Positions 47,875 to 57,927 of a stretch of 64,000 nt of DNA are shown here, piece after piece (positions within the stretch are counted from its first letter, which is position 1; each line of letters starts with the position of its first letter). Source of the stretch: Candidatus Woesebacteria bacterium (lineage in GTDB: Bacteria; Patescibacteriota; Microgenomatia; UBA8517). Location: the NCBI GenBank assembly GCA_963784785.1, contig CAWASW010000005.1, positions 9,247 to 73,246 on the forward strand, written 5' to 3'. The position numbers were made by a program, and so were the translations under genes. The notes below the pieces were generated by a model. It was not told the DNA's origin. It searched no databases and saw only the letters and a list, made by a program, of their open reading frames with translations.

Positions 47875-48710
47875 AATTCAAAATTAAACCTGCCCGTTTA
47901 TGAACGAGAATAACTGTGTACTAATTGGGGTACTTGACACGATAGCTTTCCGTTTGAAAATGAATATTTTGATATCGTTTACTCTCACCTTTCCATACAA
48001 TTTTTTAATAATGAAACTACTGAAAAGGTATTTAAAGAAATTAGCCGAGTTCTCAAAAAAGATGGAATGATTGCAATTATGGTTAACACAAAAAGTGACC
48101 CGGAAATATCTCAATCTAAATTAATTTCTGAAGATTTATATGAAACTCCAAGCGGATTGATTAAAAGATTTTTCGATGAAGATTCACTGTTAAAATTCAC
48201 CTCAAATAAATTTGAAACTATTTTGCTTGATTCAAAAGGGGAAACGTACAAAGACGAGATAAAAACACTAATTAGATATATTGGTAAAAAAATATGATAA
48301 TATTTATTTATGCAAGAAAATAATGTTATTAATCAAATGAATCAGCCAATCAGTAATCCAGTTCCAACTAACGACCAACGACCAAAGGTCAACAGTTTTC
48401 TTGTGATTTTACTATCTATTTTGTTATTCATCTCAGTTTCAATTGCCGGTTTTTTTGCTTTTCAAACACAAAAACTAGTAAAAGAATTTACAAATTTAAA
48501 AAATCAGTCAACTGCAACACCTGTTGCTAGTATTGAGCCGACAATTGAACCAATTTCAACAAATAGTACCACCACAGATCCAACTGCAAATTGGGAGATA
48601 TATATAAGTACAAAGACTGGCTATAGCGTAAAATATCCAAAATCGATTCCCATCGAATCGCTATCTGGTAATTTCAACTGTACAACTTGTATAGAAGAGC
48701 TTCGTTTAAC

Positions 48711-49250
48711 CTTCCTCACTTAAATCCCCGACCGTAAGGTCGTGGGATGGAGTTACCCCTGCAGCTTTTTTGGTTGTAAAATATATGTATGGACTTTATT
48801 TACATATCACACTGCGTGTACCAATGTGATTACCACATAGTCATAGCCACTAAGTACAGAAAGAACATTTTTAATGAAGGAATTTTTGCATACTTTGATA
48901 TTAAGTTGGCGGAAATTAAGGAACATTACCCAATGATAAATATTAAGGAAGTAAATCATGACAAAGATCATTTACACCTTCTTGTTTCCATTCCGCCAAC
49001 TATTGCAGTTGGTAAAGTTGTAGGAATTATTAAACAAAATACAGCTAGGTTCTTAAAACAAAAATTCCCATTCCTTAAAAATGTGTACTGGGGGACTGAA
49101 TCAATATGGTCTGAAGGCTACTTTGTATCAACTGTGGGAATAAACAAAAGTGTGATAGAGAGGTACATAGAAAACCAAGGTAAAAAAGATGCAGGGCAAA
49201 CTCTGTTTGTGTTCTAATGAAACCCCGACCGTCAGGTCGTGGGTCTATTC
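48711..49250 (+). mobile_element. IS200-type element B (ends approximate)
   Basis: Near-identical subterminal hairpins CCCCGACCGT(A/C)AGGTCGTGGG on both sides of tnpA; left end resembles that of element A. Confidence 0.8.
48789..49217 (+). CDS. tnpA: IS200/IS605 Y1 transposase
   Basis: YHIV..TKYR, DHLH, WSEGYFVSTVG, YIENQ. Confidence 0.92.
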   Translation: MDFIYISHCVYQCDYHIVIATKYRKNIFNEGIFAYFDIKLAEIKEHYPMINIKEVNHDKDHLHLLVSIPPTIAVGKVVGIIKQNTARFLKQKFPFLKNVYWGTESIWSEGYFVSTVGINKSVIERYIENQGKKDAGQTLFVF

Positions 49251-49649
49251 ATCACCAAGTCCAGCTAATGGAAGTTCCAGCATAGCTGTTGTTTTAGTAT
49301 TTAAAGATAACAGAATTAAAACAATTGAAGATTATAAAAACGTAATAATAAAAGGTGATTCATCGATTATAGATGTTAAAAACACAAAGATTGGTGGTTT
49401 TAATGCTGTTTCGTATAAACTTTCTGGTGGTATTCCACCACTTCCATTAATTGAATACGTAGTGGTTCATAATAATTATTATTATGTTGTAAGATTGATC
49501 GATAGTGAGGAAACAAACAAAGATTTAATTGGTAACAAAAAAATATTTGACCAAATTCTTTCCTCCTTCAAATTTACTAACTAATTTCTCCCTTGTTTGA
49601 TAGTGTTAACTGTGGTAATTTTATATGTATGAGATTCAACGATGACGTT

Positions 49650-50117
49650 ATGGAAACTACTCTAAATCCAATCAAACCTACAGTTGTTAGAAAAATTGAT
49701 ACTTCATTAAGTTTAAAGAAAAATATTGTTTTAGGATTAATTTCAGTTGTTGTGGTTTTGGCTGGAATTGGTGCTGGATATTTATTTTCTGGCGTAGGTA
49801 AAAGTACAGGTTCTTCAACCGGAAATGCTTCTGGAAAATCTGTTACGGCTTCTGATACTGAAGCTGGTGCAAAAGATGAATCAAAGTTTTCAACTACAAC
49901 TGATGGTGAACTAGCAGAAGGTGGAATTGGTGGAGAGGGGAACTTTCATTTAATAAGAGGATCAGGTCCTTCACAATATGCGTATTTGACCTCAAGTTCA
50001 GTTGATTTAACTCCTTTTATAGGTAAAAAAGTGCAAATTTGGGGTGAAACCATGTCAGGTAAAAAGGCCGGCTGGTTAATTGATGTCGGTAAAATCAAAG
50101 TAATGGAGGGAGAGTAA
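49650..50117 (+). CDS. Membrane-anchored hypothetical protein
   Basis: TM helix; GGI.GEG..HL.R..G.SQ..YLTSS.VDL motif; start uncertain. Confidence 0.6.
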   Translation: METTLNPIKPTVVRKIDTSLSLKKNIVLGLISVVVVLAGIGAGYLFSGVGKSTGSSTGNASGKSVTASDTEAGAKDESKFSTTTDGELAEGGIGGEGNFHLIRGSGPSQYAYLTSSSVDLTPFIGKKVQIWGETMSGKKAGWLIDVGKIKVMEGE

Positions 50118-50770
50118 TGATCTCTTTTCATAACGTAACAAAAAACTTTGGCTCCATAAATGCATTAGACAACGTTAGCTTTGATATTAAAGAGGGTGAA
50201 TTTGTGTTTCTAACTGGACCATCTGGTGCAGGCAAAACCACAATTTTAAAGATGATTCTTCGCGAAATGCTTCCAGATAGCGGTACAGTTCTTTTTGATA
50301 ACGTTGATGTTACTAAATTGTCAGAAAGTGATATACCAAAATTGAGACAACAAATGGGAATTGTTTTCCAGGATTTTAAGGTCTTGCAAGAAAGAACAGT
50401 AACTGAAAACGTTGAAGTTGCTTTGGCTGTTTCAAATGTCCCCCAAAATGAATGGAATAGTAGAGTAAATCATGTACTGAAATTAGTAGGTTTATCGAAT
50501 AGGTCAAGGTTGTTTCCTTCACAACTTTCAGGAGGAGAACTCCAGAGAGCTTCTTTAGCCCGTGCCTTAGTCATTAATCCAAAATTAATTCTTGCTGATG
50601 AACCTACTGGTAACTTGGATTGGAAAACCGCAGAAGGAATAATGGAGTTATTGGAAAAAATTAACAAAGAAGGCAAAACAATAATAATGGCAACTCACCA
50701 TGAAGGAATAATTAAACATGCAAAACATAGAGTGGTAGAATTAGTAGACGGGAAAATTACAAAACAATGA
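50117..50770 (+). CDS. ftsE: Cell division ATP-binding protein FtsE
   Basis: GPSGAGKT, VFQDFK.L, LSGGE, ADEPTGNLD; precedes ftsX. Confidence 0.9.
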   Translation: MISFHNVTKNFGSINALDNVSFDIKEGEFVFLTGPSGAGKTTILKMILREMLPDSGTVLFDNVDVTKLSESDIPKLRQQMGIVFQDFKVLQERTVTENVEVALAVSNVPQNEWNSRVNHVLKLVGLSNRSRLFPSQLSGGELQRASLARALVINPKLILADEPTGNLDWKTAEGIMELLEKINKEGKTIIMATHHEGIIKHAKHRVVELVDGKITKQ

Positions 50771-51684
50771 GCATCCATACAAAAACGGCAACCGACGCAA
50801 TCAAAAGGTCTCCTTTTCAGGCAATTTCAGCAATTTTTGTTTTAGCACTTACCTTTTTCGTATCAACTACAGTTGCTGTTTTAGTAATTGCATCTGGTAA
50901 TGCACTTTCCTATTTTGAAACTAGACCTCAAATTATTACTTTCTTGAAAAATAATTCCACTGCTGAGACTGTTACTGCCTTACAAAATAAACTTGTTTCT
51001 GATTCAAGGATAAAGGATGTAAAATATGTGGCTAAAGAGGAAGCTCTGGAAATTTACAAAAAGGCTACAGAAGATAACCCACTTTTGTCTGAACTTGTTA
51101 GTCCATCTATTTTTCCTGCTTCTTTGGAATTTTCGGTCAATGACCTAAAACTTGCTGAAGTCGTGATTAAAGAAGTAAAAAATGAAGCAATTGTTGAGCA
51201 AGTAGGTTTCACTGCTAACATTGGTGGTGAAAAATCTCTTGGAGATGTAGTTGGAAGACTTAAAACAATAAGTACATATATTAGGATTGGAGGGATTTCA
51301 TTTGTTGGAGTTTTAGCTTTCACTTCATTTTTGGTTTTAATGACAATAATTAGCATGAGAATGACTTCAAGAAAAGGCGAAATCGAAATCCTGAGTTTAA
51401 TTGGTGCAACACCATCCTTTGTTAGGGGTCCAATTGTGATTGAAGGAATTATATATTCTGTTCTGGGGGTATTTATTGGTTGGACTGTTTCATTTATTGG
51501 GTGGCTATATATAACACCTAACATACTTTCTTATTTTGGAAATATTGAGATATTGCCAAAAGATCCAATAAGATTTTTTGTACTATTCTTGGCCATATTG
51601 TGTTCCGAATTGTTAATTGGCTTTTTAATTGCCTTGATTGGGAGTCTTATTGCCGTAAATAGGTCTCTTAAAAAAGCAAGATGA
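50767..51684 (+). CDS. ftsX: Cell division permease FtsX
   Basis: Four TM helices, extracellular domain, R..EIEI..LIGAT..FVRGP...EG. Confidence 0.9.
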   Translation: MSIHTKTATDAIKRSPFQAISAIFVLALTFFVSTTVAVLVIASGNALSYFETRPQIITFLKNNSTAETVTALQNKLVSDSRIKDVKYVAKEEALEIYKKATEDNPLLSELVSPSIFPASLEFSVNDLKLAEVVIKEVKNEAIVEQVGFTANIGGEKSLGDVVGRLKTISTYIRIGGISFVGVLAFTSFLVLMTIISMRMTSRKGEIEILSLIGATPSFVRGPIVIEGIIYSVLGVFIGWTVSFIGWLYITPNILSYFGNIEILPKDPIRFFVLFLAILCSELLIGFLIALIGSLIAVNRSLKKAR

Positions 51685-52778
51685 TAGCTAAGATATTAAC
51701 AGTCTTCATTTCAATCTTTCTAATTTTCGCGTATCAAGTAAAAGCTGAAGAATGTAACGGAAGTATTGAAGAAAGAATAACTTGTTACGCGGATAACATT
51801 GCAAAACTTCAAGTTTCTGGAAAAACTTTGTCTAGTCAAATTATGCAATTTGATTCACAGATAAAATTGACAAGTCTGAAAATTCAAAAAACAGAAGAAC
51901 AGATAAATCTGTTATCAGGCCGTATTGTCCAAATAGATGGATCTTTGGATTCGCTGGCAAAAGCATTTTCTGAAAGAGCAGTTGAGACTTACAAGATGGC
52001 CCGAGTTGATGATCCTTTTTTACTTTTAGTTTCATCAGATAATTTAAATGAAGCTTTTGAAAGATTTTCATATCTCAAGAAAATTCAAGAAGGCGATAAA
52101 TTATTGTTAGATATGTTACAAAAAGCTCAAACAACCTATGTAGAAGAAAAAAGTAGTCAAGAAGATTTACAAAAACAATTAGAGACTCAAAAAAATCAAA
52201 TAAACGTTCAGAAATTGGCTAAAAAAAGTTTACTTGATCAAACAAAAAATGATGAAAAAAAATATCAGCTACTTTTGTCCCAAGCTCTGGCAGAAAAAGC
52301 AGCTATTGAAAAGGCACTTGTTTCAGGGACTAAAGTTGGACCTGTTAAGGCAGGAGACCCCATTGCTTTAATAGGTAATTCTGGCTACCCTAGCTGTTCC
52401 ACAGGAAAACATCTTCATTTTGAAATAAGAAAAAATAATATCTGGACAGATCCAGCGCCTTTTATGCAAAGTAAAACACTTAACGATGAAGAAAAAGGCG
52501 GGACAACAAATATTGGTTCTGGGTCATGGCAATGGCCAATTCAAGATACGATAAGACTTACACAACATTATGGGCATACACCTTGGTCATGGAGATATTC
52601 ATATTCTGGTGGTATTCATACAGGTCTTGATATGGTGTCAACAGGATCTGATGTTATCAAAGCTCCGGCTGATGGAAATTTGTTCAAATCGTCAGAAAGA
52701 TGCGGAAGTAGTACTATAAATATAGTTTATATAGAACACGGTAATGGGGTTATAAGTTTTTACTTACATGTGCAGTAA
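51681..52778 (+). CDS. Coiled-coil plus M23 peptidase protein (EnvC/PcsB-like partner of FtsEX)
   Basis: Signal peptide, long coiled coil, STG.HLHFE and HTGLD motifs in reversed order. Confidence 0.8.
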   Translation: MIAKILTVFISIFLIFAYQVKAEECNGSIEERITCYADNIAKLQVSGKTLSSQIMQFDSQIKLTSLKIQKTEEQINLLSGRIVQIDGSLDSLAKAFSERAVETYKMARVDDPFLLLVSSDNLNEAFERFSYLKKIQEGDKLLLDMLQKAQTTYVEEKSSQEDLQKQLETQKNQINVQKLAKKSLLDQTKNDEKKYQLLLSQALAEKAAIEKALVSGTKVGPVKAGDPIALIGNSGYPSCSTGKHLHFEIRKNNIWTDPAPFMQSKTLNDEEKGGTTNIGSGSWQWPIQDTIRLTQHYGHTPWSWRYSYSGGIHTGLDMVSTGSDVIKAPADGNLFKSSERCGSSTINIVYIEHGNGVISFYLHVQ

Positions 52779-53544
52779 TTGGAAAATTATATCGTTATCA
52801 ATTATTATCTTATTTACGTTCCCTCAAAAGGTTAATGCAGCCTTTAACTTCAATATTTCAAGCCCAAGCGCAACACTTATAAATTCTGGCGCGCAAGAAA
52901 TTGAAGTTTTTCTAAATATCACTGAACTACCAAGTGAATCATATTTTAGACTTTCGTTACAGAAAGAAAGTGGTGGATCTTATTATGGATATGTCCAAAA
53001 TAATAACAATGAATGGGCAAAGATACAAACTCTAAGCGGGGATTGCACAAGTTATTTTAAAATTACTGATTTGAAGACTTCGCTTGTTATTCTTAAATAT
53101 AAAATTGGTGACGATTTGTCATTAGACAATGGAAATTATTTTTTGAAAGCTCACAAATTTACAAAGACTTGTAGTTCATATACTGATGGATTAAATGCAA
53201 TTTCAGTTACCGTAAGTTTGCCTACGCCAACTCCATCTCCAACTCCTATAAATACCCCTACTGAAGCACCTACTGCAAATCCAACAGTTAAGCCTACGCC
53301 TACGTATTCTTCGACACCAAAGCCTACTTTAAAACCAACTTCTACTCCAACACCGACTCCTAATGTCTTGGAGCCACAAGTTTTAAGTCTAAGTACCACT
53401 GTCAGTAGTCCTATAACTCAAATCAATACAAACAAAAAGTCTCCGGTGCTTGCAGTTGTATTAATATCTTTAGGTATTGGTTTTTTAGGATATGGAGGGT
53501 ATTTGCTATATAATATGAGGAATGCAAACAAGGAAATTAGTTAG
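52768..53544 (+). CDS. Secreted protein with Pro/Thr linker and C-terminal TM anchor
   Basis: Signal peptide, PTPT repeats, terminal hydrophobic helix. Confidence 0.65.
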   Translation: MCSNWKIISLSIIILFTFPQKVNAAFNFNISSPSATLINSGAQEIEVFLNITELPSESYFRLSLQKESGGSYYGYVQNNNNEWAKIQTLSGDCTSYFKITDLKTSLVILKYKIGDDLSLDNGNYFLKAHKFTKTCSSYTDGLNAISVTVSLPTPTPSPTPINTPTEAPTANPTVKPTPTYSSTPKPTLKPTSTPTPTPNVLEPQVLSLSTTVSSPITQINTNKKSPVLAVVLISLGIGFLGYGGYLLYNMRNANKEIS

Positions 53545-53938
53545 TCTTTGGTTACCAGTAATTGTTTGGGCTGGTATTATTTTTACTTTTTCAAGTTTCC
53601 CCACAATCGTTACAGTAGATTTTTATCTAGGAGATTTTTTATTTAAAAAAACCGCACATTTAATGGAATATGGTATTTTTGCAACTTTAATTTATAGAGG
53701 TTTAATCAATTCAAAAATTGAAAAGAAACGGGCTATGATGTATTCTGTTTTGGCAGCATTTTTGTACGGTGCAAGTGATGAGTTTCATCAGTCATTTGTT
53801 TCAGGCAGAACATCTACATTAAGGGATGTTTTAATTGATACAACTGGTGCAACAATTTTTATCTACGGTCTAGTAAATAACATTTCAAAAATGCCAAAGA
53901 ATATAATAAACTTGTTTGCTAAAATTAATTTAAATTAA
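53522..53938 (+). CDS. VanZ family protein
   Basis: K.AH..EY, Y.ASDEFHQSFV.GR....DV.ID. Confidence 0.85.
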   Translation: MQTRKLVSLWLPVIVWAGIIFTFSSFPTIVTVDFYLGDFLFKKTAHLMEYGIFATLIYRGLINSKIEKKRAMMYSVLAAFLYGASDEFHQSFVSGRTSTLRDVLIDTTGATIFIYGLVNNISKMPKNIINLFAKINLN

Positions 53939-54922
53939 ATGAAAGTACTTGTAACAGGTGGGGCAGGATATATAGGTTCCTTCATGATTAGAGAGCTGAA
54001 ATCTAAAGGACATGATGTTGTCATTTTAGACAATTTATCAAATGGCCATACAGAAGCAGTTCAGGAGTTCCCTTTAGAAAAAATAGATTTAGTAAGCGAA
54101 AAGCAAAAACTTCAGGAATTATTTGTTCAAAAAAAATTTGACGCAGTTGTTCATATGGCCTCGTTTATTCAAATGGGTGAATCCTTCAATAACCCTTCAA
54201 AATATTATCATAATAATGTTGAAGGATTTTTAAATTTATTGGATGCTATGAAAGATAATAATTGTATGAAGTTAATTATTTCTTCATCAGCTGGAGTGTA
54301 TGGTAATCCCGTTCGATTGCCAATTGAAGAAGACGACCTTAAAAATCCACTAAATCCATATGGTGAAACAAAATATATGTTAGAGCGAATTGCTGACGAT
54401 TTTGATTTAGCTTACGGAATTAAATATGTATCTTTTAGGTATTTTAATGCAGCAGGAGCTGCTCTTGATGGGTCAATCGGTGAGGCTCATATTGAAGAAA
54501 GTCATTTAATTCCAAATATTATTTCAAAGGCTCTAAAAGGCGAGGAAGTTGTTATTTTTGGAAATGATTATGAAACTCCTGATGGGACATGTGTCAGAGA
54601 CTATATTCATGTTTTGGATTTGGTTGAAGCGCATGCCTTGGGATTAGAATATTTAGGTAAAAATAATACAAGTAATATTTATAACATTGGAATTGGTAAG
54701 GGTTATTCAAATAACGAAGTTATTAAGATGATCGAAAAGTTAGGAAATCTTAAGATAAATATAAAATATGGGTCAAGAAGAGAAGGGGACGCAAATTCTT
54801 TATATGCCTCAACTGAAAAAATAAAAAGGGATATGAACTGGATTCCTAAATATGACTTAGATAAGATCGTGGAATCGGCATTACTTTGGCACAAACTTCA
54901 TCCTACAGGATATTCCTCTTGA
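53939..54922 (+). CDS. galE: UDP-glucose 4-epimerase
   Basis: TGGAGYIGS, YGETK, RYFNAAGA, DGTCVRDYIHV. Confidence 0.95.
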   Translation: MKVLVTGGAGYIGSFMIRELKSKGHDVVILDNLSNGHTEAVQEFPLEKIDLVSEKQKLQELFVQKKFDAVVHMASFIQMGESFNNPSKYYHNNVEGFLNLLDAMKDNNCMKLIISSSAGVYGNPVRLPIEEDDLKNPLNPYGETKYMLERIADDFDLAYGIKYVSFRYFNAAGAALDGSIGEAHIEESHLIPNIISKALKGEEVVIFGNDYETPDGTCVRDYIHVLDLVEAHALGLEYLGKNNTSNIYNIGIGKGYSNNEVIKMIEKLGNLKINIKYGSRREGDANSLYASTEKIKRDMNWIPKYDLDKIVESALLWHKLHPTGYSS

Positions 54923-54960
54923 CAACAAAAATATCCTGATCTAAAATCGCCAATAATCAT

Positions 54961-56214
54961 ATGAAAAGGAATTTATCTTTAATTTTTGTCTCAGTATTTG
55001 CATTTTTAAGTTTTGCATCAATTGTATATGCTGATCACTATAATGTTTGGGAAAAAGATGGTAATGAAGTAAGTGACAGTAATTATGGTGAATGTCATCC
55101 TACTGCTTCATGTGGAGTAACTACTGGATTAAGGCACAAAAAACAAGAATGGGAGTGTAAAGAAAAGAATGGTAATAAAAGTGATGAATGTTCTCCTAAA
55201 GGATCGAAAGAATTTAGAGAATCAAACCCCACCTTTGATTGTGTTGTCCCGTTTGTCAAATGTGTTCCGTATGAAATAATATGTCATCATAACCCAGCAC
55301 AGAATATAACCCATGAATTTGCTAATGAACAATCATACAATGGTCATTTAGGCACTCCTCACAATGGACAAACATATGATACTGATGGAGCATGTACATC
55401 TGATCATGATCCAATTGCTTGTGTCTGGTCAGATTGGAGTGTTTGCACTCAGTCTTGTGGTGAAGAGACACAAACAAGAACTCATTCTGTAGAATCAAAT
55501 TATGGAGGAGCTTCTTGTATAGGAGATTTCTCAAGATCCTGTAATCTTCCAGCCTGTTATGTTCCAAGATGTGGAAATGAAAAGGTTGATGAAGGCGAAC
55601 AATGTGATGACGGAAATACTGTAAGTCATGATAGATGCTCTGCTACTTGTCAAAATGAAACTCCTGTATGTAATGACGAAATTGCAAACAATTATCAATC
55701 AGTTGACGATGGCGAATATGCAGATATGGAATCTTGTTCGTATTCATCTCATCGATGGTGTGTATTGCAAGATGATGAAAGCTATATTGCTAGGGCTATT
55801 CCAAATAACCAAGAAAATCCAACAGGCAAGCCATGGGAAACTGGAATGGACAAAAATTGTGAATTTCAAAAAGAGGAACCAACACCAACTCCAACTGCTA
55901 CACCAAACAATGGTGATGTCTGTGCAAACATAGAGGGAATTCAATTATCATTACCTGATGATTCGTATCACTTTGATAATGATAGAAAAAATTGTTTACA
56001 ATTTTCTGTTCCAGGAGCACCAACACCACCTCCTGCAATTGGTGGAGCACAGGTTTTGGGTGCTTCTACGATAAATGGTGGAGGAAAAGTATTAGGCACA
56101 TCAACAATGGCAAAGACAGGTGCAGTAGAAGATGCCATATTTAATTCGATATTTACATTAGGTTCTCTTCTAACTTCATTTGGTATAATGAAGAATGGCA
56201 AAAAAAGAGCCTAA
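54961..56214 (+). CDS. Cys-rich surface protein with TSP1 and DUF4215-like repeats and a sortase-type sorting signal
   Basis: WSDWSVCTQSCG...R, CGN..VD.GEQCDDGN, MAKTG plus hydrophobic stretch plus basic tail; promoter TTGACA-N17-TAAAAT at 54919-54947. Confidence 0.75.
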   Translation: MKRNLSLIFVSVFAFLSFASIVYADHYNVWEKDGNEVSDSNYGECHPTASCGVTTGLRHKKQEWECKEKNGNKSDECSPKGSKEFRESNPTFDCVVPFVKCVPYEIICHHNPAQNITHEFANEQSYNGHLGTPHNGQTYDTDGACTSDHDPIACVWSDWSVCTQSCGEETQTRTHSVESNYGGASCIGDFSRSCNLPACYVPRCGNEKVDEGEQCDDGNTVSHDRCSATCQNETPVCNDEIANNYQSVDDGEYADMESCSYSSHRWCVLQDDESYIARAIPNNQENPTGKPWETGMDKNCEFQKEEPTPTPTATPNNGDVCANIEGIQLSLPDDSYHFDNDRKNCLQFSVPGAPTPPPAIGGAQVLGASTINGGGKVLGTSTMAKTGAVEDAIFNSIFTLGSLLTSFGIMKNGKKRA

Positions 56215-56716
56215 ATCAAATTTAAATCTCCCGCTAATTCTTGGTCTTACTTTAATTTTTATTTTTTTTGTATGGAGATATCATCAAGCACAGATTCTAT
56301 CCTTTAATACAAAAGAAGTTGCAAAGATCAGTGCTTCAATTGTAAAACCAATTCACATTAAAGCGTATCCTGTGGGTGTTGATGTTGATATACAGCCTGC
56401 AGTTATTGCAAATGGTGTCTGGCCAGTATTTTCAAATATGGCTGGTTTCGTTGAGAATGATAAAAATCAAATTATTTATGGTCACAATAAAGATAATATA
56501 TTGGGCCCAATTAGATATATAAAAATTGGAGCGATTATAGAAATTTTAAGTAGTGATAATAAAACTTATAAATATGAAGTTATTAAAACTGATACAGTGG
56601 ACCCAAATAACTTAGAATATGTAAAATCTTTTGATTCTGAAATTTTAACTTTATATACATGCACTGGATTTTTAGATTCAAAAAGGTTTGTTGTAGTGGC
56701 TGTATTAAAAAAGTAA
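56195..56716 (+). CDS. Sortase
   Basis: N-terminal TM helix, IYGH, LTLYTC, R.VV catalytic His-Cys-Arg. Confidence 0.85.
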   Translation: MAKKEPKSNLNLPLILGLTLIFIFFVWRYHQAQILSFNTKEVAKISASIVKPIHIKAYPVGVDVDIQPAVIANGVWPVFSNMAGFVENDKNQIIYGHNKDNILGPIRYIKIGAIIEILSSDNKTYKYEVIKTDTVDPNNLEYVKSFDSEILTLYTCTGFLDSKRFVVVAVLKK

Positions 56717-56741
56717 TGCATATCTGATATGATGAATATGT

Positions 56742-57665
56742 ATGAAACTTTTGGAGAAAATAATTCATTTTCTAATTCCTAGAGAAAGTAATAATCATAA
56801 GGCAAAGATACTGCACCCTTCAAGCCTTGTTGTGATTTCTGTATTAATGATAGTTTCCCAAAATTTTATTGGTTATATATCTAGAATTAGACCTGATATA
56901 TTAGGTTACGCCTCAAACATTTCGATTCAAGAAGTCGTTAATCTCACAAATAAAAAACGTTCTGAGGCCGGTTTGTCAGCATTAACTTTAAACCAAACAC
57001 TTTCAGGCGCTGCATATACAAAAGGACAGGACATGATTGCAAGGGATTATTGGGCACATGTTGCGCCAGATGGAACTCAACCGTGGAAGTTTTTTAATGA
57101 TTTTGGTTATAAATACAGATACGCTGGCGAAAATTTAGCAAGAGACTTCAGTAATGCTTCAGCTGCTGTTGATGCGTGGATGAATTCACCGACCCATAGA
57201 GAAAATATACTTAATCCCAAATATAAAGAGATTGGGATTGGGGTAGTAGAGGGAGATTTAGCGGGAAGTGATACAACTATAATAGTCCAATTTTTTGGAG
57301 CAACATATGCGGATAAAGTAGTTCAGCCTTTAGCAGAAGCACAAAATGTAGAAAATGTATCAAAAGTATCAGAGGTACCAAAAGCTGAACAAACAGCAGC
57401 ACCGATTGCCACGTCACTTACTGTTCCTCGCAATGACACAGTTTTGTCAAAGTTAGATCAGCAAGTATTAATTTCACCATTTACTACAACCAAGAGTGTT
57501 TCTCTTGCTGTGGTAGGATTACTATTTATCGTATTTATCGTTGATGCTATTCTGGTTTCTCGTAGAAAGATCACAAGGATTGCAGGTAGGACTTTTTCTC
57601 ATGTGGCATTTTTATTAATGATATTGGCGATTATAATGATACTTAAATCAGGAAAGATAATATAA
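56742..57665 (+). CDS. CAP/SCP domain protein
   Basis: LTN..R...GL, YWAH, AGENLA, WMNSPTHRENIL. Confidence 0.88.
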   Translation: MKLLEKIIHFLIPRESNNHKAKILHPSSLVVISVLMIVSQNFIGYISRIRPDILGYASNISIQEVVNLTNKKRSEAGLSALTLNQTLSGAAYTKGQDMIARDYWAHVAPDGTQPWKFFNDFGYKYRYAGENLARDFSNASAAVDAWMNSPTHRENILNPKYKEIGIGVVEGDLAGSDTTIIVQFFGATYADKVVQPLAEAQNVENVSKVSEVPKAEQTAAPIATSLTVPRNDTVLSKLDQQVLISPFTTTKSVSLAVVGLLFIVFIVDAILVSRRKITRIAGRTFSHVAFLLMILAIIMILKSGKII

Positions 57666-57666
57666 A

Positions 57667-57927
57667 ATGGAAAGTTTAAAAAAACATTTGCCACACTACA
57701 TAAGTTTGATTAGTATTTTTATTGCCGGTTTAATAGGTTTTTATCTATTTTCATATGATCGTTTTTTTCAAATAGGAATAGTAGTTGCTGTATCTTTTTC
57801 GTATATTTCGTGGGGGGTAATTCATCACACTATACATAAAGACATTTGTTTATCTATTGTGATAGAATACATTACTGTCGCCATTCTAGGCATGGTAATA
57901 GCCTTAAGTTTGATTTATAGAATATGA
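57667..57927 (+). CDS. Small membrane protein
   Basis: Three TM segments, Y..WG..HH....D...V.EY motif. Confidence 0.6.
   Translation: MESLKKHLPHYISLISIFIAGLIGFYLFSYDRFFQIGIVVAVSFSYISWGVIHHTIHKDICLSIVIEYITVAILGMVIALSLIYRI

Larger units (their letters stand above)
46717..47939 (+). mobile_element. IS3-family element (1223 bp)
   Basis: TG...CA ends, IRs TGACAGGTACCCC / GGGGTACTTGACA, 4-bp TSD CGAT. Confidence 0.9.
46441..48297 (+). pseudogene. Class I SAM-dependent methyltransferase split by an IS3 element
   Basis: LLDLGAGQG.D; removal of 46717-47943 restores HDLSD-SFPFENEYFDIVYSHL...VLKKDG. Confidence 0.85.
48310..49584 (+). pseudogene. PsbP-like membrane-anchored protein split by IS200 element B
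   Basis: TM helix, DPTANW..Y....GYSVKYP in the 5' part; FDQILSSFKF in the 3' part. Confidence 0.7.
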
